Below, piece after piece: positions 50,565-63,674 of a stretch of 64,000 nucleotides of DNA. The stretch covers positions 310,001-374,000 of the forward strand of contig JAPDFW010000078.1 in assembly GCA_028826165.1 (NCBI GenBank). Reading direction: 5' to 3'. This DNA comes from Anaeramoeba ignava BMAN (taxonomy: Eukaryota; Protista; Anaeramoebae). Position 1 is the stretch's first letter, and every line of letters begins with the position of its first letter. Under the pieces are notes generated by a model, which saw only the letters and a program-made list of their open reading frames with translations, was not told the origin of the DNA and made no database searches. The position numbers and the translations under genes were made by a program.

Positions 50565-53500
50565 GTAAAATATTAATAATAAAAATTAAATAATAAATTT
50601 ATTAGATATTATTTTATAAAATTTAAATATGTAAAAAGAAAGATTTGAATTATATTTTTTTTTAAATATTTTCTTTTCTCTTTTATATTTAAATTTTTTT
50701 TATTTTTTTCTTTTCAAAAAAAAACACAAGTTTTACAAAATAATTCTTAAAATTTAAAATTAAAATTAAATTAAATTAAATTGGAAAAGAAAAGAAAACA
50801 ATTTTATTTTTTGAATTTGAAATTATTATCTTGTCTTTTCTTTTGTAAAAATTTTTTAAAAAAAAAGAAGATAATTTATTATTATTATTTCATTTTTTTG
50901 ATTATTTTCATTTTTATCATAATTTTTTTATTTTTATTTTCAATTTTAAAAATTAAAATGAATTAAAATGAATTAAGGAATAAATATTATTTTCTTTATT
51001 TGTAAATAATATTAATAAAATTTAATAAATTTAAAAAAGAAAAAAAAAGAACAAAAGAATAAGATGAATGAATATGTATTTATTTGAAATTTTTATTCAA
51101 AATAATAATAATAATAAAGAAAAAAATAAATTTTATTCAATTTTTCTTTATTAAATTTTGTTTTAATTTAAATTCCAATAAGAAAAAGAAAAAGAAAAAT
51201 ATCAAATTTATTTTCTTTTTTTTCAAATTTAAATTTCAAAATAAAAAATGAATTTTTCTTTCTTTTCATTTATTTATAATATAAAATAAATCTCTTACAA
51301 GTAAAAAAAATGGATTTTTTATTCAAATTTCTTTTTTTAATTCTTTTTTTTTAATTCTAATTAATATCTTTAAATTCCAAAAAACAAAAACAAAAACAAA
51401 AAAATAATTATTAATAATTAAACAAATTTTGATTTTTAAAAAAAATAGGAGTAAATAAATAAATAAATAGAAATTATTCAAAACTCTTTTATTTCTTTTT
51501 TATTTCTTTTATTTTTTATTTCAATAATAATTTATTATTAATTTAAATTTAAATTTATTCATAATCCAAAAAAAAAAGAAAAAAGAAATAAATATTTATC
51601 AAATTAATTATTTTTTTTTTGAAATTAGATTTAATTAATATTTATATTTATATTTATATTTATATTTATATATGTTAGATAAATGAAAATAAATTGAATT
51701 AACTTTATAATTTTAATTTAAAAACAAATAAACAAAAATATTAAAAAAATTTATTAATATTAAATAATTTCTTTCTTTACTTTTTTTTATTAATTAAAAT
51801 AGATGTAAATAATAATAAAATTAAAATTAAAATTTTTGTTATTTTTATTTTTCTTTTCTCCAATTTTTTTTTGAGAATAAAATTATTATTATTTAATCAA
51901 ATATATATAAATATCATTAAATCATTTCATTCTGAAAGAAAAACAAAATGAATATTATTCCATTTTATTTTAATTAAAATAAAATTATTTATTTTTTTTT
52001 ACTTTATCAAATCAATAAATTATTATAAATTATTTTTTTTTGAAGTTTTATAATTTAATAACATTTCTCTGAATATAAATAAAAATAAATATATAAAATA
52101 TTTTGAATAATTTTATTTTTATAAATAATTAAAATAAAAATGAAATTTTCAAATCAAATCAAATAAAAAAATATTAAAATTAAAAAGGAAATTTTTTTTT
52201 CAAATTAAATTAGGATAAATAAATTGTTTTATTTTTATTTTTATTTATTTATTATTTCCCAAAAAAAATATAATTAAATTTTTAAAAAATAAATAAAAGA
52301 AGAATTGAATTAAAAATTAAATCTAAATAAGTTTTCTTTCATTTCTTTCATTTCTTTCATTTTTATTTTAGAAAAGAAGGAAAATAATAAATTTTTATAT
52401 AAATAAATTAAATTATTTTATAAAACAAAAAATTTTAAAAACAAAATTGAAATTAGATTTTTATTAAATTTAAATAAATTTGTGGAAAAAAAAAAGAATA
52501 AGAATATTAAATTATTCTTTTTTTTTTTTTTTTTCTTTTTTCTTTTGTATTTTTAATTTACAATAATCAAATTAATTTTTTTTAAAAGAAAATATTTCAT
52601 CAATTTATTAATTACAAATAAAGATATTTTCAAATAATTTATTTTAATAAATAATCATAATAATAAAAAAAATAAATAAAAAGAAATTAATAAATAATAT
52701 AATTTCATTTCTTTTTCCCAAATTTAATCTAATTTAATTTAATCTTTTTCTTTTTCTTTTTCTTTCAAAAAAAAAATAAGAAAAAAAAATATTTTATTTT
52801 CAAATTTGAAAAGAGATTTATTTTTTAAAAAAAAAGAAGAAATTAAGAGAAAAAATATATTATTATTAATATTATTAATAAATTTAAGAAATGTGAAAAA
52901 AAAATATTTATTTTAAATATTATCATAAATTCTCCTATATTTATATTTTAAGTAAAACAAAAATTTTCAAAAAAAATAAAAAAATCAAATTATTTCTTTT
53001 TCTTTATAAATATTATTATTATTATTTATAAGAAGAAAATCTTATTTAATTTTTTTTTTGATTATCAATTTTTTGTTTTTAAAAGAAAAATAAAAATAAT
53101 AAAAATAATAAATGAAATGTAAATAATTTATTTATTTATATTTACAGAGATAAAAATAAAAATTGATAAATAAATAATTTCTTATTTACTTTTTTATTTA
53201 AATTTAAATAATAATAAAATTTAATTAAAATACCTAATAATAATAAAAATAATATAAATTACAAAAAACAAAAAACAAAAAACAAATTTTCTTTTGTTTT
53301 TCAATTTTTTATTCTTAATTTTAATTAAATTTTCAAATCTAAAATAAAAGAAAAAAAAGAAAAAAAGAAAATATAATTTTGTTTTTGATAAATTATTTTT
53401 CCAAAATTATTATTTAATAATAAATAATAATAAGTAATAAAATCCTTTTATTTTTATTTTATATTTTAATTTATTAATCATTTCAATATTTAAAATTTTT

Positions 53501-53578
53501 TCCTTTTTTTTATTTTTAAAAACAAAAACAAAAATCAAAATAAAAACTAATTTTTTTTTGATTAACAAAATTTTTTAG

Positions 53579-54029
53579 AAAGTAAAATAATAAAATTAAA
53601 AAATAAAAACAAAATTTATTTATTATTTATTATTTTAAAAATCTTTTTCTTTCTCTAATAATAAAAATTTTAAATAATTTTATTTAAAAAATTAAAAAAA
53701 AAAGAATGTAAAATAAATTTCAAATCAAAAATCAAAACAAGAAAATTATAATTATAATTATAATTATAATTTTTTGTTTTTATATTTAAAAAATTGAAAA
53801 AATTATTTATTATTATTAAAAATAAATGTAAAAAAAATAGATTAATAATAATAATTTAATACTAAATAAATTTAATTTTTATTTTGAAATTAAAATAGGA
53901 TGTAAAATATTAAAATTTTTTTTATTTAAAAAAATAATTTGATTATTATTATTATTTAAAAATAATTTACATTTTGAAATAATAATAAAAAATATTTTTT
54001 AATTATTTGTTAATAATATTTAAATAGGA
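53579..54029 (+). other. Cluster of microexon candidates: AAA 53579-53581, AAT 53705-53707, GAT 53899-53901, and 2-nt GA 54028-54029
   Basis: TAG|AAA|GTAAAA, AAG|AAT|GTAAAA, TAG|GAT|GTAAAA, TAG|GA|GTAAAA. Confidence 0.68.
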
Positions 54030-54659
54030 GTAAAAATATTAAAACAAAATTAATTAATTAATTTTAAAAAGAGAAATAGATAATGAAAAGAAATAAAAAA
54101 ATTTTACTTTTTTTTGTTTTTAAAATTGGAAAATAAAATTTAAATTGAAAAGAAAAAAATTGAAAAAAATTTTATTTATAATTAAATACATAAGTTATTA
54201 TTATTATTTGATATTAATTTTATTTGATATTTTTTTTAATTATAATTTTCCATTTTTTTTTAATCAAAAAAAAAAGATTATTTTTATTACTTATATATTA
54301 TAAAAAAAGTAAATAATTTAAATTAAAAATTAAAATTGAAAAAAAAAAGATTAAATTAAATTTAATTAAATTATTGATAAATATTTTTTATAAGTAAAAA
54401 AAAATGAAATAATTTAAATGAGAAATAATTAATCAAAAAATATTTTTATATTTTATTCATTTATTATTCATATAAAAAAAAATCAAAAAAAAAAAGAAAA
54501 GAAAAGAAAAGGAAAACAAAAATTTCTTAAATATCAAATAAATGAATAAAAAATAAAAATGATTTAATTTAGATAAATAATCATTTAATTTTTTGTTTTG
54601 TTTTTAATTAAAAAAGAAAAAAACAAAATTAAATATAAAATAAAAAAAATAAAAATAAA

Positions 54660-55125
54660 ATATAAAATAAAATAAATATAAATATAAAAATAAAATAAAT
54701 ATAAATATAAATATAAATAAATATAAATAAATATAAATATAATATAAAAATAAAATATAAATAAAAAAAATAAAATAAATATAAATATAAATATAAATAT
54801 AAATATAAAATAAAAAAAAAATAAAAAATAAATATAAATATAAATATAAAATAAATATAAATATAAATAAAAAAATATATAAATAAATATAAATATAAAT
54901 ATAAATATAAATATAAAATAAATATAAATATAAATATAAATATAAATATAAATATAAATATAAATATAAATATAAATATAAATATAAATATAAATATAAA
55001 TATAAATATAAATATAAATATAAATATAAATATAAATATAAATATAAATATAAATATAAATATAAATATAAATATAAATATAAATATAAATATAATAAAA
55101 TAAAAAATATAAATATAAATATAAA
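54660..55125. repeat. (AAATAT)n microsatellite
   Basis: Nearly perfect from about 54920 to 55095. Confidence 0.9.
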
Positions 55126-55556
55126 TTGATTAAAATTGATTGATTTTGATTTTGATTTTTGATTTTTATTTTATTGATTTTTTTTTTTTGTTTTTTTTTT
55201 TAAATTTAAAAAAAGAAAAAAAAAAAAAAGAAAATATTTAATTAAATTTAATTCCTTTCCTCTTTTTTAATTGAATTTTATTTATTTTGAAAAAAAAATA
55301 TAAAAAATATAAAAAAATAATTTTTTGTTTTTTGTTTCCAAAAGGAAAATAATTAATTTTAAATTATAATTATTTTATTTTATTTTTTTAAAATTATTCT
55401 ATTCTTATTTTAATCTCTTTTCAATAATATTTTATTATTTTTATTCAATATCAAAACTTAAGAAAAAAAATAAATAAATTTCTTTTTTTCAATTTAAATT
55501 TTTTTATTAAATTTAATCTTTATTTCCCATTTCAAAAAAAATTTTTATTAAAATAG

Positions 55557-55559
55557 TAT
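55557..55559 (+). other. 3-nt microexon candidate TAT (Tyr)
   Basis: ATAG|TAT|GTAAAT. Confidence 0.62.
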
Positions 55560-58500
55560 GTAAATAAAAATATAAAAATTGATTTCTTTTCTCTTTTATT
55601 TTCCATTTTTTTTAAAAGAAAAATTAATTTTTCAAAATTATTTAAAATAAATATAATTTAATTTTGAATATTAATATAAAATTTATTGTTTTTATTTTTA
55701 ATTTTTTTATTAGAAAATTTTTGAATAAAAATAAAAAAAATATTTAAATTTAATTAATTAAATGAATAAATTTTTTCTTTTTAAATAATTTTATTATTTT
55801 TATCAAATTTAAAATTAAGAAATATTTTATCATTTCATTTTATTTTTATTACTTTTTAATTAATAAATTAATTTAATTTTTTGTTTTTTATTTTTAAAAA
55901 AAATGAATAAAAAAGATTTTTTGGGAATAAAAATAATAAAAATAATAAAATAATAAATAATATTTTGGTTTTTTTTTTAAAACAAAAATAAGATATTCTT
56001 TTACTTTTTATCTTTATTTTTTTTTTTTATTTTTATTTTTGAAATTAAATATAATAATTTTATTCTTATTTATTTTATATTAATTCCAAAAAAAAAATAA
56101 TTAGAAAAAAAAAGAAAAGAATTTATTTAAATTAAAAATGGAATGAAGAAAAAAATTTAATTATTTTTATTCCTCTTTTTTTTGTTTTTGTTTTATTAAA
56201 TTTATCAAAAAAATAATTAATAATATTTAATAAATCATTATCTTTGAGAAATAAATTAAGATAAAGAAAGAAAATCTAATTATTAATTTATTTTCCATTT
56301 TTTATTTTCATTTTATTATTTTAGAAAATAAAATAATTCCAAAAAAAACAACACAATTTAAAATAATAATAATAATAAATTTGTTTTAATTTTAATTAGG
56401 AAAAAAATTAGAAAAAGAATAAAAATAAAAATAAAAATAAAAATAAAAATATTATTAAATTATCAAAATTAAATTAGATTTTAATAAATTATTTAAATAG
56501 ATATTTTTTTTATAAGAATAATTTCATTCTTTAAATAAAAAAATAAAAAATAATAACAATTTAAATTAATTCTATTTTATAAAAGAAAAAAAAATTTATA
56601 TTTATTTATGTATTTATTAAATGTTTTTTTTTCTCTTTAAATGAAAAATAAAATAAAACAAAATTATATATTTTCATTTTCATTTTCATTTCTTTAAAGA
56701 ATATAAAAAGAAATCAAAAACAAAAAATTTTTATATTTGATATTAAAATTCTCATATATATTTATTTTTCTTTTTATTTCTTAATTTATTTTCAAAAAAT
56801 AAATAATGTGAAATATTTTCTTTTATCTTTATTTTTTAATCTATTTCTTTTTTTTTTTTTCTAATAATTTTATTATGTTATCAATATCTTAAATTCTTAT
56901 TTTTATTTTTATAAATTATATATATATATATAAATAAATGATTTTAAATTGAAAATAATTATATTATATTTATCAAAACAGAAATATTTTAGATTTATTA
57001 ATTCATAAATTTGTTTGATTTTATCAATTTTTTATTTTGAATTTTTTTATTTTTTATTTTGATAAATTTAAAATATATTTGAATATATAAATATAAAGGG
57101 AAATTCCTTTTATTTTGAAATTTTTGATTTTTATAAATTTGATATTTATAATAACACAAAAAAAAAGTATAAACAAAAAAAAATAATTAAATAAATAAAT
57201 ATTCCAAATTAATTATATTCAAAATCATCTTTTTTTATTTATTTCAATAAAAAAAGAGAGTTAAAAATATTATTATTCTTTTTATTATTTAATTTAATTT
57301 AATTTAATTTAATTTAATTTAATTTAATTTAATTTCTTTATTTTTGAGAAATGATTAATTATTAAATTATTTCTTGTTTTTTTTTGTTCTTATTTAAGGT
57401 AAATTTAAAACAAAATTTACATAAATTCCTTAATATTTTATTGATAAGGATAAATCCCAAATTTAATATTTTCCTTCTTCATAATTTTTTTTGTAATTAT
57501 TTTTATATTCATTTTTATATTTTAAATTCTTAAGTTAATTAAATAATATTTTCTTTTTTTTTTGTGTTTTTTTTGTATAAATTAATAATATTTAAATTAA
57601 GAAATTGTAAAATTTACTCTTAAAAAATATTGGGAAAATTGAATTTATAAAATTAAAAAAAAATTTTAATAATAATAATATTTTTAATATCCTTGATAAT
57701 TATGAGAAATTCTTTTTCTTTTTAGAAATAATTTCAATTTTTTTTTAAATTGATTAATTAATAAATCTTATAAATTTTCTTTTGTAAATTGATTAAGATA
57801 ATAAAATAAGATTTAAATTCCTTTTTATTTCTTTTTCTTTTAGTAAATAAATAAATATTTTTATAGATTTAATTTTTATTTATTAGGAAAATATTTGATT
57901 TATTTTTTCTCTTTCTCTTTTTTTTTTCAATTTAAATTTGTTATAAATTTAATATGTTATTATTTTAATTAAGGAAGAGAATATCTTCAAAATTTATTAA
58001 TTAATCAAATTAAAAATTAAATTAAATTGATTGAATATATTTCTTCTGAAAATTCATTTTATTATTTTTAAAAATTTGAAAATTTCTTATTAAAACAAAA
58101 ACAAATTTTATTATTATTATTATTATTTTTTTATTTTTTAATAATTTTATTTGAAAATATTTTTATGTTAAATTTCTTTTGAATTTAATATAATTAATTA
58201 ATTTTATTTTTAAAAAAAAGAAAGAGAAATTTTTTAATATTAAATTTAACTTTCTAAATTCCCTAAGTTGAAATTAATTAATTAATTAATTAAAATTTGA
58301 TATTGAATTATAATATAGATACATAATTTTCACTTATTATTATTATTGTTCTTTTTTTTTCATAATTTAATCAAAAAATATTTTATATTATTAATATTAT
58401 ATAATTTTGAAATATCAAATATTTAATTTATAATAATTTTATTAATGATATTAATTATCAAATTTTTTATTTTTCAAAAATTAAAAATAAAAATAAAAAA

Positions 58501-59293
58501 TTTGTGTTTTTTTTCTCTCAGATTAATATCCTTGTTTATAATATAAAAAAAAAGTTGTTTTTTGTTTTGTATATAATTACATTTATTACATAATTTAAAT
58601 GTGAAAAAAAAATATTCAAAATTTAATTTCAAGAGTTTTTGTTTTGTTTTGTTTTTTTGATTTAATAAATTTAAGATTTAATTAGTAAATTTTTGGAATT
58701 AATTAATTAATTAATAAATGAATATTGGAATAAAGAATTTTATGAAAAAAAAATGAATTTGGAAATATTGTATAATTTTATTTGGAAAATAATTATATAA
58801 ATAAGATAATATTAATATTATCAAGAAAATATTTATTTTTTATATTTATTTTTTATTAATTTATATAATTATTCAAATTCTTCTATTTGAAAAAAAAAAG
58901 AATATTAAATATTTTTTTCTCTTACTTAAAAAATTTCAAGATTTTACATAAACAAAAAATAATAATAATTATAATAATTAAATATTTAATTTCAGAATAT
59001 TCAATAATTTGATTATCAATTTCTAAATTTTGATTATTTTCTTCTTAAATAAATTCTAAATTTTCCAAGATTTAAAAAATTTTTTTTATTTCAATTAATT
59101 TTTATTTTGGATTATTATTATAATTATAATAATAATAATAATTTATCAAAAAAAAATTGATATAAAAAAAAATATTAATTTATTCAAGAAACAAAATAAT
59201 ATTTTTATAAAGAAAAAACAAATTATTTAAATTTTTCTTTTTTTTTTTTAATTTTAATTTTAATTTTAATTTTAATTAAAAAAAAAACTTTAG

Positions 59294-59417
59294 TATGTAA
59301 CAAAAAATTGATTTTTAATAATAAATAAATAAAAAATTTTTTTAATTAATTAATTATTTGTTTTTATTTAAAATATATTTTTGATTTTTATTCAATTTAA
59401 TAAAATAATATAAGGAT
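59294..59417 (+). other. 3-nt microexon candidates TAT 59294-59296 and GAT 59415-59417
   Basis: TAG|TAT|GTAACA and TAAG|GAT|GTAAAA, 121 nt apart, immediately before the ankyrin exon at 59499. Confidence 0.72.
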
Positions 59418-59498
59418 GTAAAAAACAAAAAAAATAAATAGAAATAATTTTAATTTTATTTTTTGATTTAAAAAAACAAAAACAAAAACAAAAAAAAG

Positions 59499-59594
59499 TA
59501 TACACCTTTACATGATTTATGTAGAAACACTTCAATTACAAAAGAGATGATTGAATTATTATTTGATAAAGGAGCTGATTTTCATATTCAAATT
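59499..59594 (+). CDS. Single ankyrin-repeat exon, 96 nt, phase 0-0
   Basis: AAAAG|TAT...ATT|GTAAAT; translates YTPLHDLCRNTSITKEMIELLFDKGADFHIQI, colinear with 46807-46902. Confidence 0.9.
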
Positions 59595-62500
59595 GTAAAT
59601 AAAATTTTGAAAAAAAAAACATACAAAAAAAAAGAAAAAGAAAAAATAAGATATTTTTAAATTTAAATTTAAAATAAATTATTGAAGAAAACAAAATAAA
59701 AAAAAAGAATTGATTGATTATTAATAGATTTATTTACATTTAATAAATTATTTAAAAAAGAAAATAAATTTCTCAATAATTTTCCTTTTATTTCCTTTTA
59801 TACAAATTTTCTCAATTTTTTTTTTCTTAATCATATTAACATCAACCATTTATATTCAAAATTAAGAAAAAAAAAATCAAAATCAAAAATCAAAAAAAAC
59901 AAAAAAAAAAAAAAATCAAAGAAAAGAAAATAAAAATTTTTAAAGAAAATCAAATTTAAAAAGAGTTTTTGTTTATTTTATTTTATTGAATTTTATTTCT
60001 TTTTATTTTATAAGAGATTGAAGGAAAAAAATGTTATAAATTGGAGAAATTTAAAATTTGGAAATTTGTTAATTTTTCTTTTCTTTCAATTATTCTACTT
60101 TTTTTTCTAACAATTATCCTTTCTAATTATATCTTTTTGATTTTATTTTTAACCTCAATATCTTAATCAATAAAAGGTTTTTATTTTTTATTTTTATTTT
60201 TATTTTTTATTTTTTTATAAAAATATAGATATTCATATTTCAATTCTTTTATATTTTGTTTAATAGTTATTTTTTTTGTTATTAGATTTTATCCAATGAA
60301 TATTATTTTTAAAATATAATAAATATAATATTTGTAATATTCTTTCTCTAAATAATATAAGAAATATCTCAATAAATATCTAAAATGAGTATCTCTTTAT
60401 AATTTAATGTTTTGAAACAAAATGTATCAATTTATTGTGAAATATCAACTTAATATTCAATTTTGATTATATTTATTTTTCTAAAATTATAAACAAATTT
60501 TTTAATTTGAAAACAAAAAAAAAATCAAGAAAAACTTTTAATTTCATATTTTTTGTAAAATGAAATGTGAATTATTATTTAATTTTGATAATTATTTTCA
60601 TTTTTAATATAATTATTATTCTTAATTTTCATTTAATTTTGATTATCATTATTATTATTATATTTTTTTTAATTATATTTTTTTTATTGATTTTGTTATA
60701 ATAAAATATATATACAGGAAAAGAATAAAATTCTTGAAGAATTTCAATAACATTACTAAAGTTTAGATGTATAAATTTTTTTATAAACTCTATAAAATTA
60801 GTATATTCTTCTTTTAATATTAACCTAAATATTGTTAATCAATTAATTAATTAATTTAATTTTATATAAATTCATCTCTTTCTTCTTTTTTCTTTTTTTC
60901 TTTTTCTTTTTACAAATTTAATCTAATCAAAACTTGAAATATTACAACCATAAAACATTTATTTCATGAGTTTTGTATTCCTTTCAAAATTAACTTCGAA
61001 ACACAAGAATTTAAATTTTGAGAAAATGAAATGTGTAAAAAAAATATGAAAAAATTTTTTGATTTAATAATCAATTTATCTGTTTGATTATTATTAGTTA
61101 ATTTAACATCTTCTAATTTAGATTGATTTTGAGAGAAAGATAAATTGAAATTTTGAAATTTATTTTCTTTTCTTTTTATCTTGGAATATTTAAGTTTTGT
61201 GATTAAATTTATTCATTTTCATTTCAACTTGAATTTTCAATATAATAATTATAATTATAATTAGAATGATTTGAAGTAATTTATTGATCTTTTTTTTTAC
61301 TTATTTGAGATTTTTTGTATTTTTTTTTCCTTTTTTTTTTAATTTAAAATTTGAGAAAGTTGTATAAAATGTAAAAATATTTCAGTATTCTTATAATTCT
61401 CCTTAATAAACATGAATTAAAATTATAAAATATTTTAATTTCCCATAAAAAAATTATCTTTAATTATTTTATTATTACCTAACTTATTATTGAATTATAT
61501 TTTCCTCTTGGATAATTATCCATTGTTGTTTTTTTTTCTTTATAAAAGAGAATTTTATAACAAAATTTTATGGATATATTGAGATCCTATATTTACTAAA
61601 ATTGAAAAAAAATACTTTGTTTTTTTTTCAAATTTTTTATTTATTTAAGTTATTATTTCTTTTTCTTTTTGATTTTTGTTTTTAATTTTCTTCTATTTTC
61701 ATTAATTTATAGAATTTCAAAGTTTTTTTTTATATCATAATGAAAACCTGAATTTCAGTTATACAATATATAATTAATAAATTTGGAGAATATATCTTTA
61801 ATGATTTTAAGTAATTATATTTGTGTTTATCAAAATGGAATATATTATGAATATTCAAATTCTTTGGTTTGAAACACTTTTGAACAGTAACATTAATCAC
61901 ACAAATAATATAATGGAAAATTAAAGAATTTTATATTAAAATTTTATATTAATTTATTTTGAAAATTCTAATATATTTACTATTCTTTAATAATAATATT
62001 TTCAATTATTTTTGAGATTTCATTAATAAAATCAAAAATCAAAAAAAAAAAAAAAAAATAATAATAATAATAATATTTAAGAAGAAAAAGAAGAAATGAA
62101 AATGAAAAAAAAATATTAGAAAAAACTTTATAAAATTCCTGATTTAAATTTTTACAAAGAGAAAATAAAGATCAATAACAATATCCTTATTAATAAAAAT
62201 AAAAATAAAAAATAAATTTATTTTTTTTCTAATTTTTCAAAGATATAATATTTTTGAAGGTAATTGAGAATGATTAAGAGAATATATTTATTTTTTTGAA
62301 AAATTAATTTATTTTGTTATTTCTGATAAAATATTAGTAAATATTAATTTTTTTTTGTTAGATTATAAATTGAAATAAATTCTTCTATTGAAAAAATTGA
62401 TTTTTATTTTATTTTTTTATTTTTTCATTAATGGGAATAATTCCATAATATTTTTAAGAGAATTTTCCTTTTTTTTTATTATTAAAAAATTATTTTAATT

Positions 62501-63011
62501 TGTTTTGAATGTTTATCTATTTTATTAAATATTTCTTCATTAATTTTTTTTTAAGTTAAATTATTTAATTTCAAAATAAAGAAAATTTACAATTCTGTGA
62601 ATAAATATATTAATAAAGTGAATAAAATTATTAAGATATGAATAGATAAAAAAGAAGAATAAATTAATTTTAATTTATTTTTTTTGATAAAATTTTAAAA
62701 AAAAAAGGGAAAATTATTATTTTAATCTCTTGAATATCTATAATATTTTTTTTTTGAATTTAAATATTAATAAAAGTAAGAATAAAAATAAAAATAAAAA
62801 GAAATAAATTTTTGAAAATTATTAGAAATATAATAATAATTATTATTTTTATTAATTTTATATTTATAGATTATTATTTCATCTTTTCATTTTTATTTTA
62901 AATAATTTAATTAAGGAAATACACACAAAAAAAATAAATACACAATTTTTTCTTCAAAATAAACAATAAAAAAAAATTAATAAATTTATAAAATTTTTAA
63001 ATTTTAAATAG

Positions 63012-63674
63012 AAAGTAAATTATTTATTTAATAATAATATTTTATTTTATTAATCTTTTTTTTTTACATTTCAAGTCAATATCAAAATAAATTTCTTTTT
63101 CTTTCTTTCTAAATTTTTTTTATGGATAAATATTATTTTTATTTTATATTTTTTTTTATTAATTTTTGGAAAGGAAATAATTAATTAATTAATTAAAAAA
63201 ATAATTTATTCCAATTTTATTCCTCTTTTTGTTTTTTTTCCAAATTAAAATTATTTTTATTAAATAAATATTATTTTTGAAAATAAAACCCAAAAAAAAA
63301 ATAATATAATAAACTTATTATTATTATTTATTTATTTATAATTTAAAATAAAATTCTTAAATAAAAGAAAATAAAAAGAAAATAAAATAAAAGAATTAAT
63401 TAATTTGAATAAAATTTATTTAAATAAAAAAAAACCAATAAATTATTTAAAAATTAAAAATTAAAAATTGAAATTGAAATTGAAATTGAATAAATCTTTT
63501 TTTTTAAAAATTTTAAATTAAATCTAATCTTATTAAAATAATCTTTTTTTTTTCTTTTCAAAATATTAAATAGTCTGTAAATAAATTAATCCCAAAAAAA
63601 AATATTTGAAATTAATAATTTTCTTTCTTTTTATTTATTTTAAATTAAAAATTTTGAATTTTATTAAATAGAGA
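63012..63674 (+). other. 3-nt microexon candidates AAA 63012-63014, TCT 63574-63576, AGA 63672-63674
   Basis: TAG|AAA|GTAAAT, TAG|TCT|GTAAAT, TAG|AGA|GTAAAT. Confidence 0.68.

Noticed and set aside
57687-62189. ATATCCTT motifs at 57687, 58526 and 62181 on +, resembling U12 donors
   Set aside because: No identifiable upstream exon or paired branch point/AC, and the same word occurs antisense in the PDI coding region near 12655, so chance is plausible.
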